Shown here: positions 1 through 9,879 of the stretch, in pieces
How the letters are laid out: each line of letters begins with the position of its first letter
How positions within the stretch are numbered: position 1 is the stretch's first letter
Source: an uncultured Clostridia bacterium
GTDB lineage: Bacteria; Bacillota; Clostridia; Oscillospirales; JAAYOS01
Assembly: GCA_947631015.1 (NCBI GenBank)
Contig: CANRJS010000006.1
Span: 10,347 to 74,346, forward strand
DNA: 64,000 nucleotides
Reading direction: 5' to 3'
The notes under the pieces: generated by a model
What the model was told of the DNA's origin: nothing
What the model saw: only the letters and a program-made list of their open reading frames with translations
Database searches by the model: none
Translations under genes and position numbers: made by a program

Positions 1-292
1 TGTCGACGCAGAGACCGTAGCCGTGACTCGCGGTAGCACGGACGACGCGCTCGTCTATCCCGAGCCCGCGCATTATTTCCTGACTCTTTACGCAGTGCTC
101 CTCCGGCCAGCGCTCGAAGTCCAGGTCGTGCAGTATGCCGACCGTCTGCCAGAAGTCCGCCTCGTCTCCGTAACCGAGCTCGACCGCGAACCACCGCATC
201 ACGTCGCCGACCGTTCGCGCGTGCTTTCTGTGAAACTCGCCCTCGTTGTATTCCTCGACAAGGCGAAGAGCCTCCTCGGGAGTCGGTACCAT
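1..292 (-). CDS. HD-domain metal-dependent phosphohydrolase (N-terminal part; C-terminus lies outside the window)
   Basis: Own reverse translation from ATG at 292-290: MVPTPEEALRLVEEYNEGEFHRKHARTVGDVMRWFAVELGYGDEADFWQTVGILHDLDFERWPEEHCVKSQEIMRGLGIDERVVRATASHGYGLCVD. It shows the H...HD...D pattern of the HD superfamily. The listed + ORF 23..352 is its antisense shadow. Confidence 0.6.
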   Translation of the reverse strand, partial: MVPTPEEALRLVEEYNEGEFHRKHARTVGDVMRWFAVELGYGDEADFWQTVGILHDLDFERWPEEHCVKSQEIMRGLGIDERVVRATASHGYGLCVD

Positions 293-414
293 AAATATCA
301 CCTCAAATTCCGGATTTGCGCCGCAGAGCGCATACATATTCCAAACTACTGAATTATATAACGTGCAGGCGGATGTGTCAAGACCGTGTCGTCAGCGGGT
401 GAAGCCCTCAAAAT

Positions 415-1773
415 CTATATGACTTTGAAGTTCTTCCACTTTCCCAAGCGCTGACGGTGTATAAACAGCACCGCGCGGATCACCCAGTCGCAGCACATCG
501 CGAGCGCGACGCCGATGACCTGCCAGTCAAAGACTATGCAGAACAGGTAGGAGAGCGCGAGCCGCCCGACTATCGTGGAGAATATCGTGACGTACATCGT
601 GTACTTCACGTCGCCCGCGGCGCGGAGCCCGTTGCTGAAACCGCCGGAGAACGGGAACACGAACGCGTTGAACACGTTATGTATCAGCACGAGAATAAGC
701 ACGAGGTGCTGCGTCTCCGGCTCGAGCGCCGAGAGCGCGCACACTATCGGCGTGATGGCAAAGGACACGGCGTTCCACGCGGTGGAGATGAGTATCGTCC
801 ACTTGGTGAGCTTCTTGAAGTAGAAGTCGGCGGCGTCGGTATCTCCCGCGCCCATACAGCGTCCGATGACGGTTATGTACGCCGTGCCCATCGAGTTCGA
901 GGCGGAGGCGGAGAGCGACCAGAGCGTCTGCGCGACGCCGTTCGCGGCTATCTGGCTAGTACCGAACAGCGCGACGATGCTCGTGAGCGCGACCTTCACA
1001 AGCTGGAAGACGCCGTTCTCGGCGCTGTTGGGTATGGCGATGCGAAGTATGTTTTTCAGCATGTTAGCGTCCCACGCGAATATCGAGCGGAGTCGGTAAT
1101 GCACCGGCCGCTTCCCCCGGAAGCAGAGCACAGTGACCGTGACAGCGGAGAAGCAGTGCGCTATGAGCGACGGATACGCCACGCCTGCGACGCCCGCATG
1201 CAGCAGAAACACTCCTATGAGGTTGCCGGAGACGTTTATCACGTTTGCGGCAAAGGATATGTACATCGTAACGTTCGTGCGGCCCATGCTTCGGTAGACC
1301 GCCGCGCCCGCGTTGTATATCGCGATAGCCGGGTAGGAGAAGGCGAGTATCCGGCTGTAGGTCATGCAGGCGTCCATGACATCCGGCTCGACCTGTCCGA
1401 ACAGAAGCCCGAATATCGCGCGGCGTCCGAGCAGTACGGCCGCGCCCATCGCCGCCGAGAAGAGCGCGGAGAACATCAGGAGCTGGCTTGCCGAGACACA
1501 GGCAAGGTCGTTCTCTCCCCTGCCGATGTACTGGCTTATCACAACTGCTCCGCCGCCCGCGAGCGCAGTAAAAATGTATATGAATATCGTGTTGAACTGG
1601 TTGACGAGCGCGACGCCGGACACCGCCGCCTCCCCGGCGTAGCTTATTATCAGCGTGTCCGCTATGCCGACGAGCATGATAAGCAGCTGCTCGAGGAGCA
1701 GCGGGATTATCATATTCCGCAGGTCGCGGTTCGTGAACAGCTCGCCCGTGTTTGCAGCGGCGCGGGTACCCAT
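415..1773 (-). CDS. MATE family multidrug/toxin efflux transporter
   Basis: Polytopic membrane protein. The N-terminus ...LFTNRDLRNMIIPLLLEQLLIMLVGIADTLIISYAGEAAVSGVALVNQ is typical of MATE/NorM. Start chosen at MGTRAA (GGGGGA 6 nt upstream); alternative starts at 1788 or 1875. Confidence 0.8.
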   Translation of the reverse strand: MGTRAAANTGELFTNRDLRNMIIPLLLEQLLIMLVGIADTLIISYAGEAAVSGVALVNQFNTIFIYIFTALAGGGAVVISQYIGRGENDLACVSASQLLMFSALFSAAMGAAVLLGRRAIFGLLFGQVEPDVMDACMTYSRILAFSYPAIAIYNAGAAVYRSMGRTNVTMYISFAANVINVSGNLIGVFLLHAGVAGVAYPSLIAHCFSAVTVTVLCFRGKRPVHYRLRSIFAWDANMLKNILRIAIPNSAENGVFQLVKVALTSIVALFGTSQIAANGVAQTLWSLSASASNSMGTAYITVIGRCMGAGDTDAADFYFKKLTKWTILISTAWNAVSFAITPIVCALSALEPETQHLVLILVLIHNVFNAFVFPFSGGFSNGLRAAGDVKYTMYVTIFSTIVGRLALSYLFCIVFDWQVIGVALAMCCDWVIRAVLFIHRQRLGKWKNFKVI

Positions 1774-1914
1774 GACTTCATCCCCCATCGGAGCGCGCGG
1801 CGCGGTGTCTATCCGCGCCGCGCGTACATTATAGAAGTGTTTTTTCGGCGACTCGCCGCAAAATCGCTGCGGCAAACGGAAGCACCGTAAACGCCGTGGG
1901 TTCGCTCCTATCGC

Positions 1915-2505
1915 CTACAGAAGCTCCGCCTGCTCGAGGCGGCGGCGTATCGTCCCGCAGACCGTCGCGGCGACCGCGATTTTTACTATGTCAAACGGTA
2001 TGAACGGCGTGACGCAGACGGCTATCGCGTGACTCAGCGCCGAGCCGCTCTGCACGCAGAACCACGCCGTCCCGAAGACGTACAGCACGGCGGTGCCGAG
2101 CACCATCCCGAGGATCTGCACCGCCGCCGAGAGAACGGCTAGCTTCCCTCCTCTGCCCGCGAAGCGGCGCGCCGCCGCGTCTATGACGGCGCCGCTTACG
2201 AGCGCCATCGGCAAGTAGCCCATGAGATAGCCGCCGGTCGGGCCGAAGAGCCGTCCCGCGCCGCCCATGAAGCCGGTGAAGACCGGCAGTCCCACAAGTC
2301 CGAGGAGCAGGTACACAAGCGTCGCAAGCGAGCCGAGACGCCACCCGAGCAGCGTCACCGACATATATATCCCGAGCGTGCCGAGCGAGATAGGGACCGG
2401 ACCTATCGGCACGGATACCGGTCCGAGCAGACAGCAGACAGCGGCCATGACGGCGCAGGCGGTGAGCCGCCGCGTGCGGGATGCGTTTTTTGTAAGAGCG
2501 GACAT
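1915..2505 (-). CDS. bioY: biotin transporter S-component BioY
   Basis: GPVPISLGTLGIYMSVTLLG...GLPVFTGFMGGAGRLFGPTGGYLMGY matches the BioY family signature. Start moved to MSALTK because GGAGGA lies 7 nt upstream. Confidence 0.85.
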   Translation of the reverse strand: MSALTKNASRTRRLTACAVMAAVCCLLGPVSVPIGPVPISLGTLGIYMSVTLLGWRLGSLATLVYLLLGLVGLPVFTGFMGGAGRLFGPTGGYLMGYLPMALVSGAVIDAAARRFAGRGGKLAVLSAAVQILGMVLGTAVLYVFGTAWFCVQSGSALSHAIAVCVTPFIPFDIVKIAVAATVCGTIRRRLEQAELL

Positions 2506-2529
2506 TGAAATATCCTCCATTCACTGAAT

Positions 2530-2556
2530 ACGGCGGGGCGACTTCGCCCCGCCGTA
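2530..2556 (-). terminator. stem-loop after the P-type ATPase gene
   Basis: acggcggggcgacttcgccccgccgt is a perfect GC-rich hairpin immediately 3' of the stop at 2591 on the minus strand. Confidence 0.5.
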
Positions 2557-2590
2557 TCATTATAACTTATCCGGAAACGGCTGTCAAACC

Positions 2591-5239
2591 TCAGCCGCGG
2601 TGACCGATGCCGAGCCGCCTCTTGAGTATCTTCACGAGCTCCACGACCGGAATGAGCGCTATCGAAAGTCCGAACACCGCCGCCCATTCGCCGAGGCTGA
2701 GCGCCTGGAGGTGGAATATCGCGTTGAGGCCGGGAACCGTGGTGATAAGCACGGTGAGCACCACCGAGAGGATGATGGCTCCCCACGCGAAGCGGTTGCC
2801 GAAGAAACCTATCTTGAAGAGACTTCCCGAGAGACTGCGGACGTTGAGGGAATGGAACATCTGCGAAAGTGTGAGGGTGCAGAACGCCATCGTCGTCGCG
2901 GTCTCGGGCGAGTGCGCGCGCCCTATGAAGTAGGCGATAAGCGTCATCGCCGTGAGGAAGATGCCCTGATACGCTACGCTTATGCCGACGCCGCCGGAGA
3001 ACACTCCCTCGTCCGCGCTGCGCGGCGGGGTGTTCATCGAGTCCGGCTCCGCCGGCTCGATACCGAGCGCGAGCGCGGGGAACGTGTCACTGACGAGGTT
3101 TATCCAGAGTATCTGGACGGTGTGCAGAAGCGAGAAGCCGGAGAGCGTCGCTACAAGTACGCTCAGCACCTCCGCGAGGTTGCAGCTGAGCAGGAACTGG
3201 ACGCACTTGCGCATATTCGCGTATATCTTGCGCCCCTCCTCGACGGCGACGATTATCGTGGCAAAGTTGTCGTCGGTGAGGACCATATCCGCGACGTTCT
3301 TCGTGACATCGGTGCCGGTGATTCCCATGCCGACACCGATGTCCGCGCGGGAGAGCGCGGGCGCGTCGTTGACGCCGTCGCCCGTCATGGCGCAGACCTT
3401 GCCGCGCGACTGCCACGCCTCCACTATCCTGACCTTGTGCTCCGGGCTCACGCGCGCGTAGACCGAGTAGCGCTCGACCGTCGCCCTGAACTCCTCGTCG
3501 CTTATCCTGTCGAGCTCCGCGCCGGTGAGGGCGAGCTGCCCCTCGCGGAGGATGCCGAGCTCGCGCGCTATCGCGACGGCGGTGGTCTTGTGGTCGCCGG
3601 TTATCATTATCGGGCGGACGCCGGCGCGGCGGCAGACCTCGACCGCGTCCTTAACCTCGGGACGCGCGGGGTCTATCATGCCGTACATGCCGAGGAACAC
3701 GAGCCCGTACTCGCCGAGCTCGCTCGAGGCGGGCACGGTCTCGCGGAGCTCCATCGCGGCGGCGAGGACGCGCAGAGCCTCCCCCGCCATCCGGTCGTTC
3801 ATTCCGCGTATGAGGGCGCGGGTCTCGTCGTCCATATCCGCAATGCCGTCCTCGGTGAGGATGCGGTCGCAGCGGTCGAGCAGCACGTCCGGTGCGCCCT
3901 TCGTGTACTGGATGAACTGCCCGTGCGTCGCGTGGAACGTAGTCATCAGCTTGCGCTCCGAGTCGAACGGATACTCTCCCGAACGCGGGGCGGCGGCGAG
4001 CTTTTTGTCCACGGGGTAGCCGAGCTTATCGGCAAAAGCCACAAGCGCGGTCTCGGTCGGGTCGCCGACAAGGCCCTCGGGGGAACGGTGAGTGTCGTTG
4101 CAGAAGGCCATCGCCTCGACAAGGCGCTCCACAACAAGCCCCGCCGAGATGCCGTCCGCGTCATGCAGCCCCGCCGCCGTCGCGACCTTCACGACAGTCA
4201 TGCGGTTCTGGGTGAGCGTTCCGGTCTTGTCCGAGCAGATTATCTGCGTGCAGCCGAGCGTCTCGACCGCCGGGAGCTTGCGGATTATCGCGCCCCTGTC
4301 GGCCATCCGCTCGACGCCGAGCGCCATGACTATCGTGACGACCGCCGGAAGTCCCTCCGGTATCGCCGCCACTGCAAGCGACACCGAGAGCAGGAACGCG
4401 TCTATCGCGGATACGGCGCTGAGAACGCCGGAGCGCCAGTCGCGTATAAGCGTCGCCGCCATTATGACGACGCATATCGCGAGGACGAGGACGGTGAGTA
4501 CCTTCGAGAGCTCGGCGAGCTTCTTCTGTATCGGCGTCTGCTTCTCCTCCGCCGCGAGGAGCGAACCGGCTATGTGACCCATCTGGGTGTTCATTCCTGT
4601 CGCGACGACGACGCCCGCTCCGCGTCCGTAGACGACCGAGGTGCCGTTGTACGCCATGTTCACCCTGTCGCCGAGGACTGCGGACGCGTCCACGCGCGCG
4701 GAGGCGTCCTTCTCCGCGGGAACGCTCTCGCCGGTGAGCGCGGCCTCCTCGATCTTCAGCGACGCCGATTCGATGAGCCGCAGGTCGGCCGCGACGCAGT
4801 CGCCCGCCTCGAGCTCCACTATGTCGCCCGGGACTATCCGCTCCACCGGGAGCAGGACGGTAGTTCCGTCGCGGCGGACCTTCGCCGTCGAGCTCGTCAT
4901 GCTCTTGAGAGCGGCTATCGCCGCGTCCGCCTTGCCCTCCTGGACGATGCCCATGACGGTGTTCAGCGCGACGACGGCGAAGATTATCAGCATATCCACC
5001 CACTCGCCGAAGGCTCCGCTTATCGTGCCCGCGACGATGAGGACGATTATCATCGGGTTCTTCAACTGCTCGATTATGCACGAGAACAGGGACTTCTTCT
5101 TCCCCTCCTCGAGCCGGTTCTCGCCGTACCGGGCGAGACGTCCGTCCGCCTCGGAGGTATCAAGCCCGCGCGGAGAGGACTTCTCCGCCGCAAGCACCTC
5201 TGAGGCGTTCAGAGAATGAAAGTTCGTTGTGTTGTCCAT
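2591..5239 (-). CDS. cation-transporting P-type ATPase, P2 (Ca2+-ATPase-like)
   Basis: 882 aa. Motifs: TGES, the phosphorylation motif [21 protein letters not shown] and [11 protein letters not shown], with 10-TM architecture. AAGGAG RBS 8 nt upstream. Confidence 0.9.
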   Translation of the reverse strand: MDNTTNFHSLNASEVLAAEKSSPRGLDTSEADGRLARYGENRLEEGKKKSLFSCIIEQLKNPMIIVLIVAGTISGAFGEWVDMLIIFAVVALNTVMGIVQEGKADAAIAALKSMTSSTAKVRRDGTTVLLPVERIVPGDIVELEAGDCVAADLRLIESASLKIEEAALTGESVPAEKDASARVDASAVLGDRVNMAYNGTSVVYGRGAGVVVATGMNTQMGHIAGSLLAAEEKQTPIQKKLAELSKVLTVLVLAICVVIMAATLIRDWRSGVLSAVSAIDAFLLSVSLAVAAIPEGLPAVVTIVMALGVERMADRGAIIRKLPAVETLGCTQIICSDKTGTLTQNRMTVVKVATAAGLHDADGISAGLVVERLVEAMAFCNDTHRSPEGLVGDPTETALVAFADKLGYPVDKKLAAAPRSGEYPFDSERKLMTTFHATHGQFIQYTKGAPDVLLDRCDRILTEDGIADMDDETRALIRGMNDRMAGEALRVLAAAMELRETVPASSELGEYGLVFLGMYGMIDPARPEVKDAVEVCRRAGVRPIMITGDHKTTAVAIARELGILREGQLALTGAELDRISDEEFRATVERYSVYARVSPEHKVRIVEAWQSRGKVCAMTGDGVNDAPALSRADIGVGMGITGTDVTKNVADMVLTDDNFATIIVAVEEGRKIYANMRKCVQFLLSCNLAEVLSVLVATLSGFSLLHTVQILWINLVSDTFPALALGIEPAEPDSMNTPPRSADEGVFSGGVGISVAYQGIFLTAMTLIAYFIGRAHSPETATTMAFCTLTLSQMFHSLNVRSLSGSLFKIGFFGNRFAWGAIILSVVLTVLITTVPGLNAIFHLQALSLGEWAAVFGLSIALIPVVELVKILKRRLGIGHRG

Positions 5240-5473
5240 GTACGCAGCTCCTTATACATTATAAATATTGGTGATATCCGAGCCTCACCGCGCCGTGAGA
5301 TCGCGGCGCGGTGAGGGGATTGTTACAAAAACCGTAACAGAACGGCTCTCGCCCCGCCGCGCCGACGCGCAGCCCCGAGGCTCCTTTGCACATACAGATT
5401 GTGGAAAATATTGTGGAAAAGCGGGATATTCCGCGAAATCCGGCAGCCTGAAGAAAAATTTATGCGGTAATGC

Positions 5474-5502
5474 TTGACATTATGTGAAATGTGGGGTATT
5501 AT
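5474..5502 (+). promoter_or_regulatory. sigma-A-type promoter upstream of the LysM/M23 peptidase gene
   Basis: TTGACA (5474-5479), 17-nt spacer, TATTAT (5497-5502). Confidence 0.5.
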
Positions 5503-5507
5503 ATTTT

Positions 5508-5545
5508 TGTAACCGTTTTGTAACTGTTTTGATACTGTTTGTAAC
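5508..5545 (+). promoter_or_regulatory. four phased TGTAAC/TGATAC hexamers (WalR-type direct-repeat boxes)
   Basis: TGTAAC cgttt TGTAAC tgttt TGATAC tgtt TGTAAC. The first pair fits TGTWAH-N5-TGTWAH exactly. The boxes lie just downstream of the -10 hexamer. Confidence 0.4.
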
Positions 5546-5629
5546 TTTTTGAGCTTTGTGTCATAAAACAGAGATAAATCTCTCGTAAACGGGAGAAAAT
5601 GACACAGGCAGGCACAAAAGGAGAAAATT

Positions 5630-7186
5630 ATGGTCGAGAGAATTATACATCAGGACGCGGAAAATTTCAATACCGTATCCGCCCCCGATGGAAAAGAAAA
5701 TAGAGATATATCGAGAAAGAACCGCGCGGCGGCACGTCCGCTCCGTGCCATCGGCATGAAGGTCCGTGCGGCGGCGGCAGTCGTCCGTGAGAAGGCCGTG
5801 TCCGTGGGTGAGGCACTTCGCCGCGCTGCGTTCCGCGCCGTCTCCGCCGTTTCCGGCAGCGGCCGGCGCGAGACTCTTCCGCGCACGGCGGGCGTCGCGG
5901 TGCTGTTCGCGGCGGTCGCGCTCGTCATCACCGGCGCGTTCGTCGGCGTCGGCCTCGAGGTGCTTGTGGACGGAGAGCCTGTCGGCTACGTCCGCGACCG
6001 CGAGCAGTTCAACGAAGTCATAGAGAGCGTCGAGGCAAAGGCCGGCGCAATACTCGGCAGGCCCTACTTCCTCGATACCGACGTCACCTATCGGCTCGAC
6101 CTCTTTGCAAAGGAAGGCGGCGAGCTTGACACCGCGTCGGTCGAACGCGCCCTCTTCGGCGACATCGACGAGATAAGCCAGCTCTACGTCATGACGGTGG
6201 ACGGAAAAATCATCGGCGCCAATGAGGACGGAGAAGCCCTCGAGAAGATGGCCGACGACGTGCTCGCCTCCGCCGAGGCGTCCGCGCGGGGCGCGGACAG
6301 CGTCGAGCTGCTCGAGAACATCGCCGTCACTCTCCAGTATACCGCAAGCGAGAACCGCCGGTCGCTTGACGAGATAAGCGACATCATTCACTCCAACTCG
6401 GTCGAGACCATGACCTACACCGTGCAGGAGGGCGACCTGTGGAGCGACATCGCCGCCCGCCACGGCATGAGCGAGGATACGCTCGCCGCGATGAACCCGG
6501 ACGTTGACCCCGCCGCGATACTCGCGGGCGACGAGATAGTTATAAGCGAGGCCGTCCCGCTGATGAGCGTCCGCACCACCGAGATAGTGAGCGAGGACGT
6601 TGCCATAGAGCACGGCACCCAGTACGTCTACTCCTCCTCCTATTGGTCGGGCGACAGCATCGTCACCAAGCGCGGCGTTGACGGACTCAGGCGCGTCACG
6701 AGCGAGATAGTGAGCATAGACGGCAAGGTTCGCGAGAAGAACGTCGTAAACGAAGAAGTCCTCACCGAGCCGGAGGATGAGATAATCACCCTCGGTACCC
6801 GCAGCTTCGTCCTCCCGTTCCCCGGCTACAAGATGATCTCGAGCTCCTTTGGCTGGCGCACCCTGCGCGGCAGGCCGAACAATCACACCGGGATAGACTT
6901 CGCTGGAGCTTACGGCGGCCGCGTTCAGGCCAGCTACTCCGGCACGGTCGTCTTTGCCGGCTGGAAGGGCAGCTACGGCAAATGCGTCATCATCGACCAC
7001 GGCTCCGGCTATCAGACCCTTTACGGACACAACAGCCGCCTCGCCGTCAGCGTCGGTGACTACGTCTCGCAGGGGCAGACAATAGCCTACGTCGGTATGA
7101 CCGGCAACACTACCGGTCCTCACTGCCACTTTGAGATCCGGATAAACGGCGTTCAGGTCAACCCGGCAAAGTACCTCTGGCGGTAA
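5630..7186 (+). CDS. LysM-domain M23 family metallopeptidase (peptidoglycan hydrolase)
   Basis: N-terminal TM segment. LysM: YTVQEGDLWSDIAARHGMSEDTLAAMNP. M23 motifs: HTGIDFAG...DHGSGYQTLYGHNS...GMTGNTTGPHCHFEIR. AAGGAG RBS. Confidence 0.9.
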   Translation: MVERIIHQDAENFNTVSAPDGKENRDISRKNRAAARPLRAIGMKVRAAAAVVREKAVSVGEALRRAAFRAVSAVSGSGRRETLPRTAGVAVLFAAVALVITGAFVGVGLEVLVDGEPVGYVRDREQFNEVIESVEAKAGAILGRPYFLDTDVTYRLDLFAKEGGELDTASVERALFGDIDEISQLYVMTVDGKIIGANEDGEALEKMADDVLASAEASARGADSVELLENIAVTLQYTASENRRSLDEISDIIHSNSVETMTYTVQEGDLWSDIAARHGMSEDTLAAMNPDVDPAAILAGDEIVISEAVPLMSVRTTEIVSEDVAIEHGTQYVYSSSYWSGDSIVTKRGVDGLRRVTSEIVSIDGKVREKNVVNEEVLTEPEDEIITLGTRSFVLPFPGYKMISSSFGWRTLRGRPNNHTGIDFAGAYGGRVQASYSGTVVFAGWKGSYGKCVIIDHGSGYQTLYGHNSRLAVSVGDYVSQGQTIAYVGMTGNTTGPHCHFEIRINGVQVNPAKYLWR

Positions 7187-7208
7187 AACAAACAGTCGCG
7201 GCGAATCG

Positions 7209-7520
7209 CAGGAGCGGGCTTTGCCCGCTCCTTTACCAATTCGCCGCGAGACCGTCGGACAGGGCAGAGCCCTGCCAACGGCGGACGCTCCGCTACGCGT
7301 CGATTTTCCGCCTTCGGCGGAAAATCGACGCACGCTTCGCGCAAAGAGTTTTTTCGTCCTCCGGTTCGTACAAGGTTGGACGTCGGCGCGGAGCGCCGAC
7401 GTCTGATGCGCCCTGTGAAAGGTATGATGCGGTATATGTTGTTGGGCGCATTGTACACGCCGCCGGAAAAAACGAATCTGACTTCATTTCGCGCCTGTCG
7501 GCGCGAAACTCTACGAGGTT
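7209..7520 (+). repeat. mosaic hairpin repeat, copy A (modules a-b-c-g-h)
   Basis: Shares GCGAGACCGTCGGACAGGGCnnnGCCCTGCCnACGGC, GGAAAATCGACGCACGC and GGAAAAAACnAAnnTGA..TTTCGCGCCnnnnGGCGCGAAACTCTACGAGGTT with copies at 12417, 37266 and (inverted) 59199. Confidence 0.85.
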
Positions 7521-7535
7521 GTTTAACCAATGAAT

Positions 7536-7568
7536 GGGCGGTGCAGACGCACCGCCCCGATTTTATTT
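7536..7568 (+). terminator. intrinsic terminator
   Basis: gggcggtgcagacgcaccgccc followed by cgattttattt. Confidence 0.6.
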
Positions 7569-7597
7569 GTCTGCCCGCCGCGATTTCCCGCTAGTGT

Positions 7598-8464
7598 TTA
7601 TCGTCCCTCCGTCCACTCCACGGCGTAGTCGTAATCCACGTCGTGGAGCGCCATGGATATAGCCGCGCCGACGAGCCGCGCCGCGCCCCCGACGAGGCGG
7701 TCGATATCCCTCGGCGTGACGAACATCGAGCCGTATCGGCTCTCGCGCGGCGCGGCGCCGGTGAGCTGTTCCGCCACCGTCGCGGCGTCCACCACCGTCG
7801 GCACACCGACCGCTATGACCGGCACCCCCAGTGTCTCTCGGTCGAGCGCGGCGCGGCTGTTTCCCACACCCGAGCCGGGGACTATCCCCGAGGAGGATAT
7901 CTGCACCGTTGAGCAGAGGCGCGTGACGTCCAGACTCGCGAGCGCGTCCACGGCGAGGATAACGGCGGGCTTCATCCGCTCCGCCGCGCCCGCTATCAGG
8001 TCTGCGGACTCGATGCCGGTCGTGCCGAGCACGCCCGGCGTCAGCACCGACACCGGACGGAGCGAGCGAAATCGCCCGTCCCCCGTGAACTCGACGAGGT
8101 GGCGCGTGACCATCGTGCGCTCCGCCGCCAAAGGGCCAAGCGCGTCCGGCGTGACGGCGCGGTTGCCGAGGCCGACTACCATCGCCGGCGCGAGCCTGTC
8201 CTCCGGCAGGAAGCTTTCAAGCTCGTCCGCAAGAGCCTCCGCGAGCGCGGGAAGCGTCTCCGGCAGGAGCGGCCCCGCCTCCACCGTGACGTACCTCCCC
8301 ACCGGCTTTGATATCGCCTCCGCGCCGCGCCCGTTCAGAACCTCCACCTCGACCACGTGCGTCCCGCCGCGCAGGCGTTCCTCCGAGCGTATTCCCTCCA
8401 GCTCTCCGGCCTCCGGCGACGTGAGGCGCAGGCTTTCGAGCGCCAGATCGGTGCGTACCGGCAT
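7598..8464 (-). CDS. gpr: GPR endopeptidase (spore germination protease)
   Basis: MPVRTDLALES..., VVGLGNRAVTPDALGP, VDALAS, ISSSGIVPGSGVGN and GVPVIAVGVPTVV are hallmarks of the GPR family. GGGGAGGGG RBS. Confidence 0.9.
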   Translation of the reverse strand: MPVRTDLALESLRLTSPEAGELEGIRSEERLRGGTHVVEVEVLNGRGAEAISKPVGRYVTVEAGPLLPETLPALAEALADELESFLPEDRLAPAMVVGLGNRAVTPDALGPLAAERTMVTRHLVEFTGDGRFRSLRPVSVLTPGVLGTTGIESADLIAGAAERMKPAVILAVDALASLDVTRLCSTVQISSSGIVPGSGVGNSRAALDRETLGVPVIAVGVPTVVDAATVAEQLTGAAPRESRYGSMFVTPRDIDRLVGGAARLVGAAISMALHDVDYDYAVEWTEGR

Positions 8465-8619
8465 AAAAATACCCCTCCCCGAAAAGCCTTGACTGACAGC
8501 GGATAAAGTTTTTGCATTTTTTCAAAAATTATTGTTGCAATCCCGAAAAATAAATGATATAATATGTTTCCGGCCGAGTGTTTCGGTACTTATTGAATGA
8601 AAGAACGGAGGTGGACAGG

Positions 8620-8883
8620 ATGCCTAACATCAAGTCCGCGAAAAAGCGTGTTAAGGTGAGCGAGACCAAGAACGAGCAGAACAAGATAGTCAAGTCGATA
8701 ATGAAGACCTCTATCCGCAAGGTCAAGATAGCGACCGAGGCGGGTGACAAGGCTCTCGCGACCGAGCTGTACAAGCAGGCTGCGGCTTCGATCGACAAGG
8801 CGGCGCAGGCAGGCGTCATTCACAAGAATAACGCGGCCAACAAAAAGTCCGGCCTCGTTAAGCGTATCAACGCCATAGCCTAA
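8620..8883 (+). CDS. rpsT: 30S ribosomal protein S20
   Basis: MPNIKSAKKRVKVSETKNEQNKIVKS...KAAQAGVIHKNNAANKKS. GGAGGTGG RBS. The ORF-track start at 8578 is upstream of the RBS. Confidence 0.95.
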   Translation: MPNIKSAKKRVKVSETKNEQNKIVKSIMKTSIRKVKIATEAGDKALATELYKQAAASIDKAAQAGVIHKNNAANKKSGLVKRINAIA

Positions 8884-8897
8884 CATAACCGCAAAAT

Positions 8898-8931
8898 GAC
8901 GGGACGTTCCGAAAGGAACGTCCCGTTTTTT
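8898..8931 (+). terminator. rpsT intrinsic terminator
   Basis: gacgggacgttccgaaaggaacgtcccg followed by tttttt. Confidence 0.85.
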
Positions 8932-8960
8932 GACAGACTTTCGCGGCTAATTGCGCCGTT

Positions 8961-9080
8961 CCGCGCCGGTTCGCGCGGTTAAATTCGGCGCACAGCGCCG
9001 AATTTGCGCAAGGGCAATTCATTTGCCCCGAGCATTTAAATCGGAAGGGTTCCCAAACGGTCTGCTGACCGTTTGGGATT
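8961..9080 (-). repeat. mosaic hairpin repeat, copy D (modules f-d, inverted orientation)
   Basis: The reverse complement aligns with 12500-12690 of copy B and with copy E (CCCTTCCGATT, TGCTCGGG..., CGCGCGAACnGGCGCGG). The stems differ by paired substitutions. Confidence 0.8.
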
Positions 9081-9708
9081 TCACTCCGAGTTTCTTCAGA
9101 AGGTGCAGCGCCATACCGCCGAGGGCGTTCCCCACGCTCATGACGGCGAGGTATCCGAGCGTGCGGAGGCTCCACGCGCCCGCGACGGTGAAGTAGTACA
9201 TATTCGCGACGCAGTGCTCAAACCCGCAGAAGATGAAGCCCATCACCCCGAGGAACAGCGCGACGTACTTCCCGAGCTCGTGCGGGTTGCGGGCGAAGTT
9301 TTCGACCGCTATGTATATCAGCATGTTGCAGAAAAAAGAGAGGATGAATATGCTGAGGATGCCGTCCCCGAGCTTCGCCGCCGCGACGGTCTCGGCGGCG
9401 GCGCGGAGCGCCGCGCCGTTCCGCGTGCAGAGCTCGAGCGTGCCCACAAGGAACGTGCCCGCGAGGTTCCCGAGCCATATCACTAGGAGCGACGGCAGGA
9501 ACTTCACTCCCCTGTCCGGCAGATAGCACGCCTTGCCGGTAAAGAGGTCGAAGCCGAAGACGCATATCGTGAAAAGTCCGACGGTGAAAAGAGCCGCGCC
9601 GAGTATCCGGCTCTCCGACATGAGGTATACCGTGCCGCCCACGGATATGCACAGCCCCGCGAGCACCGCGCGGAGGAAGGTCCTGAGATATTCTTTCATA
9701 TTTTTCAC
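9019..9708 (-). CDS. formate/nitrite transporter (FNT) family channel
   Basis: AGLCISVGGTVYL...LFTVGLFTICVFGFDLFTG...CGFEHCVANMYYF is FNT-like. The last ~18 codons run into repeat copy D. Confidence 0.75.
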   Translation of the reverse strand: MKNMKEYLRTFLRAVLAGLCISVGGTVYLMSESRILGAALFTVGLFTICVFGFDLFTGKACYLPDRGVKFLPSLLVIWLGNLAGTFLVGTLELCTRNGAALRAAAETVAAAKLGDGILSIFILSFFCNMLIYIAVENFARNPHELGKYVALFLGVMGFIFCGFEHCVANMYYFTVAGAWSLRTLGYLAVMSVGNALGGMALHLLKKLGVKSQTVSRPFGNPSDLNARGK

Positions 9709-9797
9709 CCGCGATCATCCGTTATGTACTGATGATACCACATATCGCGCGCGGAGTACAGCACAAAAAATTTTTCCGGAAAATTCAATATAAGCTA

Positions 9798-9847
9798 TTG
9801 CATTTTCGGAGCGCGTGTGGTACACTAAACGCGTGAACAGATATTCA
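9798..9847 (+). promoter_or_regulatory. promoter plus SmtB/CadC-type operator of the arsR-family/P1B-ATPase operon
   Basis: TTGCAT (9798-9803), 17-nt spacer, TACACT (9821-9826). This is followed by the imperfect 6-2-6 inverted repeat TGAACAgaTATTCA (9834-9847), which overlaps the expected start site. Confidence 0.45.
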
Positions 9848-9879
9848 CACGTTTTTTTGATTTGGAAGGAGTGAAGCGT

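Noticed and set aside
2600-5203. 867-aa + strand ORF, and similar very long ORFs at 457-1890, 5561-7333, 10354-12819, 14502-15869, 19214-20839, 23846-24958, 25150-26316, 26342-27793, 28589-29857, 29854-31911, 35317-37194, 38344-40455, 40361-42289, 42261-44477 and 56993-58404.
   Set aside because: Each lies antisense to, or out of frame with, a gene that has clear family motifs and an RBS. Their translations are Arg/Ala/Gly/His/Asp/Glu-rich low-complexity strings, typical of stop-poor alternative frames in high-GC DNA. None has an RBS, and some run across tRNA genes or terminators.
5316-5345. Second WalR-type site (GTTACAaaaaccGTAACA) facing the Ca-ATPase gene.
   Set aside because: On the minus strand the spacing between hexamers is 6 rather than 5, and only one hexamer is a strict match. 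Too weak to call.
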